IMG/VR virus record: IMGVR_UViG_3300044277_000009
Location: 1 to 32,509 of that record
Length of the DNA stretch: 32,509 nt
DNA from: a virus
Lineage: Duplodnaviria > Caudoviricetes
Reading direction: 5' to 3' (one strand)
The translations under genes were made by a program, and so were the position numbers. Below are positions 25,781 to 32,509 of this stretch, piece after piece (within the stretch, counting starts at the first letter, position 1; each line of letters starts with the position of its first letter). The notes below the pieces were generated by a model, which had not been told where the DNA came from, did not search any database, and was given only the letters and a program-made list of their open reading frames with translations.

Positions 25781-26385
25781 GCCTCCCCTCCCGCCGCCTC
25801 GGCTAATGCGTTCATGGCGGCTTCCACCATGTCATGGTCGTCCATGTAGTCCGGGTGCGCCCCCGGCACCGATCCTCCGAGAGCGATCTTTTCTAGCACC
25901 GCCCGCAGCCGCTCGACCTCCTTTCGTAACCGCTCGATCTCCTGCTCGCGGTCGCCGGCCCGCTGGATCATCTCGACGATCTGTTGCTCGTGGGCCGCCC
26001 GAAGGCGGGCGTGTTCATCCCCTTCGACTAGCAGTCGCTCTAAAAAGGCTTCCCGTGGATCGGTGAACGCCATGCCGCGCACGGCGTGGAGTAATGCCTC
26101 CCGGTGCGACTGGTGCCCTTCGAGGATCGGGCCGCTCGTGACGGTTGGCTGGATCAGCATCTTTGCGAGTGATACGATCTGCCGCAGCCGCTCGACCTCG
26201 GCCTGGAGAGCCAGCACCCGGCCGTGTTCTACCTCGGCCGTCCCCATCCACCGCGCGACGTTGGATGCGGCCGCATCCCTTTGGCGCTCCACCGCCTCCA
26301 GCACCTCCGCAAACGGCGAGGGCCGTGGGCAAAGGATCTGGGCGTCCCACTCCCGCAGTAGCTTCACCGCTTCCTCGTAGGTCAT
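25777..26385 (-). CDS. Ead/Ea22-like coiled-coil phage protein
   Basis: Start moved to MTYEEAVK (TGATG overlap); repeated EVERLR/EIERLR. Confidence 0.55.
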   Translation of the reverse strand: MTYEEAVKLLREWDAQILCPRPSPFAEVLEAVERQRDAAASNVARWMGTAEVEHGRVLALQAEVERLRQIVSLAKMLIQPTVTSGPILEGHQSHREALLHAVRGMAFTDPREAFLERLLVEGDEHARLRAAHEQQIVEMIQRAGDREQEIERLRKEVERLRAVLEKIALGGSVPGAHPDYMDDHDMVEAAMNALAEAAGGEA

Positions 26386-26687
26386 CAGAGCACCTCGCAA
26401 TCTTTCGCCCGTCCGCTGCCTCCGCAGTTCGGGCACGTGATCAGGTGGTTTGCTTCGCTGGGGCAATCCTCACCCCACGCCTCCGGGCAGTCGTTGTACT
26501 CGGCCACTCCTTCACCGCCGCACGTCGGGCAGTAGTCGCCTGGATCCAATGGCATGTAGGCGTCATCGTCTATGAAGTCCTGATCGACGATCCAGTCGCA
26601 TTCGACGCACCGCCAATTGGTCACATCGACCTTGCGTTCCGGCTTGGCCTCGGTGGTTTTCTGGCATCGGTAGCAGAACTCACGCAT
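26385..26687 (-). CDS. Zn-finger protein with DnaJ-like CxxCxGxG motifs
   Basis: CYRC, CVEC, CPTCGGEG and CPNCGGSG; GAGGGGG RBS. Confidence 0.65.
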   Translation of the reverse strand: MREFCYRCQKTTEAKPERKVDVTNWRCVECDWIVDQDFIDDDAYMPLDPGDYCPTCGGEGVAEYNDCPEAWGEDCPSEANHLITCPNCGGSGRAKDCEVL

Positions 26688-26929
26688 CGCTTATTCCCCC
26701 TCGTCTCCCCACACCCGCCAGGCCCGCGGAGGACGGACCGGAGGCGACAGCCAGCCGGCCCGAGGTGGAGTCCTGGTCTAGGTTTTGCCTAAAAGCTCCC
26801 GTCTCCATCCTACGTTGTTAAAAGGTTTTCTCCCGAGGGCCGGGGAAGGTGTATTGTGTCCGGTCTATTCTCAGGGCGGGCCGGTACGCCACACCGCTCA
26901 CTGCAAGAATCAGTCAGTCAATTTCGTAA

Positions 26930-27091
26930 CTAACCGTACCCGCTAGCTTTCTGTCGCGGACGATCTCCGCGAAGGTCCGGGTTGCCATCCCGGCATGAGG
27001 CCATTCCCTGTAGCGGTGTATCAATAACTGGCGGCAGAGCCAACCAAGCCAGGAACTCAACGAACGGCCACAGGAACCAAGGAAGGAACAT
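26930..27091 (-). CDS. Possible 53-aa peptide with hydrophobic N-terminus
   Basis: Hand translation MFLPWFLWPFVEFLAWLALPP...; TGATG coupling to the upstream gene. Confidence 0.3.
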   Translation of the reverse strand: MFLPWFLWPFVEFLAWLALPPVIDTPLQGMASCRDGNPDLRGDRPRQKASGYG

Positions 27092-27387
27092 CAAGCCGCT
27101 TCCTCGCCCTCCTGCCGTTCCTTCCGGGCCCCGATGCGGATCTTGTCCTCTTGGCTTAGGATGATCCGCTTCTCCTCGTCGTCGATCAGGATCTCGTTGA
27201 TCTCGTACTCCCGCATAGTGGAGATGAGATGATCCCTTCTGCCGTTCATCTCGGCACGCCAGGAGGCAACCTCCCTCTTGGCCTCGACGTACTGATCCGC
27301 AGCCAACTGAACCGGCTGGGGAATAGGATCGAAGGTGCCCTCGATCCGGGTCTGCTTCAGTTTCTTCTCCGACTTCTTCCTAGGCAT
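27091..27387 (-). CDS. Hypothetical protein
   Basis: AGGAG RBS; charged and helical. Confidence 0.6.
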   Translation of the reverse strand: MPRKKSEKKLKQTRIEGTFDPIPQPVQLAADQYVEAKREVASWRAEMNGRRDHLISTMREYEINEILIDDEEKRIILSQEDKIRIGARKERQEGEEAA

Positions 27388-27422
27388 GGAACGTCTCCTA
27401 ATAGGGAACCCTGCGTATTAAC

Positions 27423-27881
27423 CTACTTCTTGTCCGCTGCCTGATCCCAGGCTGTCACCGCAACCGCAAGAGCCGCCCAGGCATGACTTCCCGAGACACC
27501 GTACAGCGGGCCCCGGTTCTTCTTCGTACCTACCGCTGCATCCCGCCCTGGCCCAAACCGATGAATGAGGGCATCCCGGATATCGGCATCCTTGGCGTTC
27601 TTCACGCCGCACAGGTGGAGCTTGATTGTGGGGCGATCGATTGCAGCAACCCCGAAGTGCTGAAGGACACCGATAGCCTTGATGGTGGCGATCGACTCGT
27701 GGCCTAGGCGTTGGCCGTAGGGAACGAAGTCCTCGACGTACCACAAACAATCCTCATCTACGATGGACTGTAATACGATTTCCGCTACAACCTGAGTCTC
27801 AACCTTCACCACCCCGGTCGGTCCAAGTTCGACTAGGCAGCAGTCCTTAGGCCCGGCATCGATCCCGACTATGTAAGGCAT
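27423..27881 (-). CDS. RuvC-like Holliday junction resolvase
   Basis: IVGIDAG, YVEDF, IKLHLCGVKNAKDADIR and SHAWAALAVA. Confidence 0.7.
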   Translation of the reverse strand: MPYIVGIDAGPKDCCLVELGPTGVVKVETQVVAEIVLQSIVDEDCLWYVEDFVPYGQRLGHESIATIKAIGVLQHFGVAAIDRPTIKLHLCGVKNAKDADIRDALIHRFGPGRDAAVGTKKNRGPLYGVSGSHAWAALAVAVTAWDQAADKK

Positions 27882-28153
27882 TACGGCCGTCTCCTCGTAT
27901 CGTGGAACACCCTGATTGCCCCTACCACCACGCTTGTATTACTCCCAGTCGACCGTGCCATCTCTACGGCGTTCCTCGACCGGATCTTGGCGCACTCTGC
28001 CTCGATGTACGATTGAGGAAACAGGCGTTCCCATTCCTCGTCAGCCGACAGGTCCTCCCCCGCGAAGAAGTCACGGCAGGTCTTGCAGAGTTTAGAGACG
28101 ACGACCTTCTTCGCACCGCACCGAGGACACCGATTCTTCTTGACGTACCCCAT
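27881..28153 (-). CDS. Hypothetical protein with N-terminal Zn ribbon
   Basis: CPRCG...CKTC; AAGGA RBS. Confidence 0.55.
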   Translation of the reverse strand: MGYVKKNRCPRCGAKKVVVSKLCKTCRDFFAGEDLSADEEWERLFPQSYIEAECAKIRSRNAVEMARSTGSNTSVVVGAIRVFHDTRRRP

Positions 28154-28280
28154 GTTCCTTCTCCCTTAGAAGTTTCTCAAGGCAATCAAGACGAGCCTCC
28201 ACCATAAGCAGCCTGCCCAAAATGCCGTGAAAGGCTTCAGCCAACGACTCGTAGTCTTCCTTCAACGTACAGTCGTGCAT
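28092..28280 (-). CDS. Small hypothetical protein
   Basis: Start moved to MHDCTLKE (TAATG overlap with the dnaB stop). Confidence 0.45.
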   Translation of the reverse strand: MHDCTLKEDYESLAEAFHGILGRLLMVEARLDCLEKLLREKEHGVRQEESVSSVRCEEGRRL

Positions 28281-29710
28281 TAAAACGCCTCCCCGTTCGC
28301 CTCCTGTTCGTCCTCTCCATGGCAACTGAACACCGTCCGCGGGCCGCACCAGTCTAATTGAATCCTGGTAGTGGGACCGTTACGGTTTTTGGCAACGTCC
28401 AACTCAGCATCCCACCGCTGCCCTTCGTACCTAGTCCCCTTCTTCCCCGACACTCCTCCCTCCGGGCGCCATAGAAGACAAACGCAATCGGCGTCCTGTT
28501 CTATCGAACCCGACTCCCTCAGGTCTGCCAACCTTGGCCGAGTATCCTTGCGTTGCTCTGCCTGCCTTCCAATCTGGGCGCAGGCAATGACCGGAATCCC
28601 CATCTGCCTGGCAACGAGTTTCAGACCCTTGGAAACGTCCCCAACCTGTTCGTGACGCTTCTTAAAGAGGTCAGGAGCTTTGAGGTATTGCAGGTAATCC
28701 ACGAATACCACGTCAGCCTTGAACCTTCTCGCCGCCCGCTGAATGTCCGTAGGGCGAAGCTCAGGCCAATCCTGAACATGGAAGTTCGGTAGAGCCGCAA
28801 CCTCCAAGGCATCGACAATCGCATCCCGATCGGCTTGGGACATGGCGCCCGTCCTTACCTTCTTCGACGAGACGCCGGCGATCGAGCAAACTCGCTTCAG
28901 CCCCAGTTCCCCCTTGTCGACTTCCAGGGAAGCGAAGTAGACGTTCCTCCCGATCTCTGCCATCTTCGCCGCCCATTGCAGCGCCATCGAGGTCTTCCCT
29001 TGGGATGTCCTGGCAGCAAGCACGGTCAGTTCCCCAGCAAATACCCCGCCTATCTCCCGGTCGAAGACAACCAGGCCGGTAGGAATCCCAAGGGTACCCT
29101 TCTTGGCGATGATCGTGTCGATCCGGTTGACCAACTCGACCATCACTTCCCGCATGGAGACCGGATCCCGCCCTACGCTCCCCGTCTTCACCTTGCCCAA
29201 CAACGACTCGGCCTGAACCAAGTTCTGCTCAGGGTCTGCATCCGAATCCCACACCGACTTCAACAGACTGGTGCAGGTGTTGATAATCGCCCTGCGCTTG
29301 GCATGTCTCAGGACAATCTCCGCGTAGTGTTTGACGTGACTCACCACGCCAACCGACCCAATCAACTCGGCCAAGTAGGCGGCGCCTCCAATTCCCTTAG
29401 GAGGGTTTCCGTCCAGTTGGCCGAACCGACGCAGCCGGTCAGCTAGGAGTGTCACGTCGATACGCTGTTCATCGGCCGACATAACGAACAAGTGGGAAGC
29501 AACCGACTTGTTTGCTTCGAGGTAGAAATCCTCAGGGGTCAGAACGGAAGCAACCTGGTCGATGCACTTAGGGTTGAGGATCATCGAACCCAAGACCTGT
29601 CGTTCCGCGTCAAGGTCTTGAGGGGGAACACGGTCGAGGACTTCGGGGTTTACCGGGGCAGGCTTCTTCGGAGGCTTAGGGAGAGGCAGATTCCTAGCTT
29701 GCGTAATCAT
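28280..29710 (-). CDS. dnaB: Replicative DNA helicase
   Basis: PPQDLDAERQVLGS N-terminal domain, Walker A AARTSQGKT, FASLE, VFVDYLQ, LRESGSIEQDAD and AKNRNGPT. Confidence 0.95.
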   Translation of the reverse strand: MITQARNLPLPKPPKKPAPVNPEVLDRVPPQDLDAERQVLGSMILNPKCIDQVASVLTPEDFYLEANKSVASHLFVMSADEQRIDVTLLADRLRRFGQLDGNPPKGIGGAAYLAELIGSVGVVSHVKHYAEIVLRHAKRRAIINTCTSLLKSVWDSDADPEQNLVQAESLLGKVKTGSVGRDPVSMREVMVELVNRIDTIIAKKGTLGIPTGLVVFDREIGGVFAGELTVLAARTSQGKTSMALQWAAKMAEIGRNVYFASLEVDKGELGLKRVCSIAGVSSKKVRTGAMSQADRDAIVDALEVAALPNFHVQDWPELRPTDIQRAARRFKADVVFVDYLQYLKAPDLFKKRHEQVGDVSKGLKLVARQMGIPVIACAQIGRQAEQRKDTRPRLADLRESGSIEQDADCVCLLWRPEGGVSGKKGTRYEGQRWDAELDVAKNRNGPTTRIQLDWCGPRTVFSCHGEDEQEANGEAF

Positions 29711-30020
29711 CAGCAGGCTCCGGGTTGGGGGATTCTTCCTTGCGATTCCAATCTTTCCTGGCCCAGTTTCTTGCCGTCGCTCTCCAGTCCTTCATGGAGT
29801 TCTTGCCTACCTTCCAGCCGTTGGCCTGGTAGTAGTCGAAAAACGCCTCTGCATCGATCCTTAACCGATTGGTCGACACAAAGGCGATTACGTCATCGAG
29901 GGAAGGGCGATCGAAACGAGCAGGAGGCGAAGGAAGGGACTTGGGCTTAGGTGGAGGGACAGACTCCAACCTATCGGCAATCCGTTCCAACGCAATGGCG
30001 ATGCGTACCAATGTATCCAT
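29694..30020 (-). CDS. Phage replication initiator / helicase-loader C-terminal-domain protein
   Basis: PSLDDVIAF...DAEAFFDYYQANGWKVGKNSMKDWRATARNW motif; directly upstream of dnaB. Confidence 0.65.
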   Translation of the reverse strand: MDTLVRIAIALERIADRLESVPPPKPKSLPSPPARFDRPSLDDVIAFVSTNRLRIDAEAFFDYYQANGWKVGKNSMKDWRATARNWARKDWNRKEESPNPEPADDYAS

Positions 30021-30224
30021 CTACTGACCTATCAACGCCTTCTGCTGCTTAGACCTTCTCGCTCGTAGATCGGCAGGACGAAGCCCGATAAACCGATTGC
30101 AGTACGAACACTTGGTCTTAACGAAAGGCCCGGACTCGTCCAGTACGTCCTGATTGCGCCAGCGACGAGTCCGGGCCTCGACTAACTCCCCTCCGCAGTA
30201 AGGGCACTTGCCGTTGTAGATCAT
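30021..30224 (-). CDS. Small Zn-ribbon protein
   Basis: CPYCGG...CSYC; fits the operon gap. Confidence 0.5.
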   Translation of the reverse strand: MIYNGKCPYCGGELVEARTRRWRNQDVLDESGPFVKTKCSYCNRFIGLRPADLRARRSKQQKALIGQ

Positions 30225-30232
30225 GGGCTAGA

Positions 30233-30823
30233 TCAGAACGGGATCGGGTTTCCGTCCTCGCCCAGAACCGGCTGCTTCTCTTTCTTCGGGGCCCCGCCGT
30301 TAGCCTTCGGCGGCTTGGCAGGCTTGCCCGAGGGAGGAGTAGCGTTGCGGGTAGCGTTGCCCTTGAAGGCCCGCAACTGAGGGCCGTAAGAAGCGTCAAA
30401 GGCCTTAGCCTTCTCCTCGGTCATCGCAGCCCGGCCGGGGATCTGATCGAACGGGTTGATAAACCCGATCCGCAGACGGGTCTCCCCTTTGTAGGAATCC
30501 TCCTCCACCGTGAAGGATATGGGCGCCGGTTCCCATGTCTGCTGGAAGATGGACATCATCGAGCCGTCCCAGCCTGCCGCCTCGATCAGCCCGCGGACGC
30601 CAATCTCCGCGATCGTCTTGTCGTTCTTGACGACGCAGACCATGCCCTCTGCCACCATGCAGTACTCGCTCCAGTTTTCCCACTCTTCGCCGTTCCAAAA
30701 GTCCTCTACGAGAACCTCCAAGGCAATCGAGACACTCGACGCCTTACCTTCGACGGCCCTGTAAGACTGGACCTTGCCGCGGAACGAACCGACTCGATCG
30801 ACCGGTTGTGTGCCTGAACTCAC
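30233..30823 (-). CDS. Single-stranded DNA-binding protein (DUF669-like)
   Basis: Beta-rich core, Pro/Lys/Ala linker, acidic-aromatic tail EDGNPIPF; follows the Sak4-like gene. Confidence 0.6.
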   Translation of the reverse strand: MSSGTQPVDRVGSFRGKVQSYRAVEGKASSVSIALEVLVEDFWNGEEWENWSEYCMVAEGMVCVVKNDKTIAEIGVRGLIEAAGWDGSMMSIFQQTWEPAPISFTVEEDSYKGETRLRIGFINPFDQIPGRAAMTEEKAKAFDASYGPQLRAFKGNATRNATPPSGKPAKPPKANGGAPKKEKQPVLGEDGNPIPF

Positions 30824-30856
30824 GTAGAACTCCTTTTTGAAACCAAGCCAGATGAA

Positions 30857-31696
30857 TTACTCAACCAATCCGAACAACAGTCTCCAAAACCTCGCGTAGT
30901 CGTCGTTGTCCGGGTATGGAATAACCTCGGGAATCCGCATCCTGCTTCCTGCCCAGTGCGTAGCCGTAGGCGACGTGTGAATCGACCGACTGCTGCCCGT
31001 TGCCTTCCCACCCTTCCCAACAAACGTGTCCATCGAAATGAAAAGACAGTGATAGGCCCACTCTAGGCACCGGGACCGGAACTGAGCGTTCTTGTTCTGC
31101 CTTAGCCGAGGCTGGTACTGCTGCCAGTCGGTTCCGTCAGGGTTCTTGACTGACTCGACCATGACATGCGATATGACAACGACATGCTTCCCACGCCGGG
31201 CAAGAGCGTCCAGATCGGCCAGGATCGCAAGACAGGCCTCGAAGACGTAGACGTAGCCCTTGGCCCATCCGTAGTCCTCGATCCCTTCCGCCCGTCGACC
31301 GTCGACTACCTTCGTCGAGAGGACGTGGGCTAGGGCCATCTCCTCAGCCGTCGTCATGTCGTCCAGCACAATGACCTGGTACGGGTCGAAGAACTCAGGC
31401 CGTTGAAGCGCCGCCCGAAGCTCCGCGTAGTTGGTCGGGTTGGGGTCGAACCGATCCACGTCCAAGTGACTTGTCGAGTCCCCAATGTCTACGAAGCATG
31501 GCTTCAGTCCGACCTCGGACACAAGCGCCGCCAAGGTACTCTTACCGATCTTCCCGGCGCCGTAGATCAGGACCTTCTCCGAGGTCCTTTGGTTTCCCCT
31601 GCCCACCTTGGCCTCGACGCTCGGAAGAACTCCGGGTGCTGCCGCGGGTGGCGCAGGCCGGGCGGGTCGTTTAGGTGGGGCTGCTGTTGGTGGCAT
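30857..31696 (-). CDS. Sak4-like AAA_24 ssDNA-annealing ATPase
   Basis: Start moved to MPPTAAP. KVLIYGAGKIGKSTLA, VIVLDD, IEDYGWAKGY and VVVISH. Confidence 0.8.
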   Translation of the reverse strand: MPPTAAPPKRPARPAPPAAAPGVLPSVEAKVGRGNQRTSEKVLIYGAGKIGKSTLAALVSEVGLKPCFVDIGDSTSHLDVDRFDPNPTNYAELRAALQRPEFFDPYQVIVLDDMTTAEEMALAHVLSTKVVDGRRAEGIEDYGWAKGYVYVFEACLAILADLDALARRGKHVVVISHVMVESVKNPDGTDWQQYQPRLRQNKNAQFRSRCLEWAYHCLFISMDTFVGKGGKATGSSRSIHTSPTATHWAGSRMRIPEVIPYPDNDDYARFWRLLFGLVE

Positions 31697-32509
31697 CGAT
31701 GTCTCCCAGTTCTGGATGCTTGTTTGAAATGAACGTGAACCCGTCCGGTACCAGACTCCGTTGCGGGTCGTATTTCGAGGTACAGAGCGAAAAGTAGGGG
31801 CAGAACGGGCATTCACGGGTGACGGTTCGATACCACCGCCCGTTCCTTTGAGCGTCCCGCAGGACGTTCTGAAGGTCCCAAAGCTCGTCCCGCATCTCGT
31901 CAATGTCCTGATCGAGACGGGGTACCTCCTGCCGGGCGTAGTACCAAGTGGGCCTGTTCCCGATGTCCTCCAAGAGTCGGTCGACCCACTCGTCGGCCGC
32001 CATAGGCCGCACCTGCAACGTGTACCCTGCCGCCGTGTCTCCCGACTCCCTAGGCTTCTTCCCGTCCTTGGTCATCACCCGCTGCCCGTCCTTGTCGAGA
32101 ACGATCTTGAATCCGTCCTCGTCTACCAGAGGAACAGCAGACGGCTTGATCGAAGGCTTCCGGGCCACGTCGAATAAGACCGTATCGACCTTGAATCCTA
32201 GGGACCTGGCCGCATAGACGTAGAACGATACTTGGAGGTCCATCTGCAAGCGGCGCCAGTAATCGGACCCCGGGTCCAGGTCGTCAGACTGTAGCTTGTG
32301 TTCAAGGACGGCGATCCTGCCATCCTCCAACTTAACGATGCCGTCGATCTTGCCGGCGATGTCGAACACCCGACACACGCCCTTAGTCAATCGGTTGACT
32401 AACTGGCCTTGGAAGGCCTTCTCCGAGGCAAGAACCTCCAACGGTTGCTCTTGCCAACGCCATTGATAGCCAGCCACAAGGGCGACGACCGTCTCTACTT
32501 CCATGTCCC
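31671..32509 (-). CDS. PD-(D/E)XK exonuclease (RecB/Cas4-like); 5' end probably beyond window
   Basis: ASEKAF, IAGKIDGIV, VLEHK, LQVSFY and C-terminal CPFCPYFSLC. Confidence 0.85.
   Translation of the reverse strand, partial: DMEVETVVALVAGYQWRWQEQPLEVLASEKAFQGQLVNRLTKGVCRVFDIAGKIDGIVKLEDGRIAVLEHKLQSDDLDPGSDYWRRLQMDLQVSFYVYAARSLGFKVDTVLFDVARKPSIKPSAVPLVDEDGFKIVLDKDGQRVMTKDGKKPRESGDTAAGYTLQVRPMAADEWVDRLLEDIGNRPTWYYARQEVPRLDQDIDEMRDELWDLQNVLRDAQRNGRWYRTVTRECPFCPYFSLCTSKYDPQRSLVPDGFTFISNKHPELGDIDATNSSPT

Larger units (their letters stand above)
24185..25804 (-). repeat. Four dispersed direct repeats (GCC)GAGGCGGCGGGAGG at consecutive gene ends
   Basis: Plus-strand core cctcccgccgcctc starts at 24190, 25031, 25608 and 25787; each copy encodes EAAGG 2-3 codons before the stop. 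Confidence 0.9.

Noticed and set aside
24185-25804. CRISPR array interpretation of the repeats
   Set aside because: Repeats are 14-19 bp, separated by whole genes of 0.2-0.8 kb, and no cas operon is present.
31671-32509. Cas4 as evidence of a CRISPR system
   Set aside because: Context (Sak4-like ATPase and SSB) indicates an ordinary phage recombination exonuclease.
1-32509. tRNA genes, diversity-generating retroelement, alternative genetic code, specific host assignment
   Set aside because: No cloverleaf, reverse transcriptase or TR/VR pair was noticed, and genes tile normally with the standard code. A Planctomycetota-like host is only an impression and cannot be supported from this sequence alone.

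Overview
The whole window looks like part of a GC-rich tailed dsDNA phage or prophage genome, probably podovirus-like: it has adaptor and nozzle-type tail genes and no tape-measure gene is visible here. There are three blocks. (1) 1-16841, minus strand, packaging and morphogenesis: putative terS, Stf0-family sulfotransferase, Rmf/CrpP-like protein, terL, two paralogous SAM methyltransferases, portal, scaffold, major capsid, two paralogous beta-sandwich virion proteins, adaptor, a multidomain LamG/beta-propeller protein, nozzle and a repeat tail-fibre protein. (2) About 16842-23460: a ~1.1 kb structured divergent intergenic region, then small plus-strand early-type genes ending in a small serine recombinase. 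(3) 23511-32509, minus strand, recombination and replication: PD-(D/E)XK exonuclease, Sak4-like ATPase, SSB-like protein, initiator C-terminal domain, DnaB and RuvC-like resolvase, followed by accessory genes including a PAPS-reductase-family protein. Best leads: a sulfotransferase plus two methyltransferases inside the packaging operon, together with Ser/Pro-rich tracts on three virion proteins (possible virion glycan-decoration system); a ~140 nt branched RNA structure in the portal leader; and four consecutive genes ending in the same 14-19 bp sequence (possible cassette junctions). All product calls rest on recognising motifs by eye; no searches were run.
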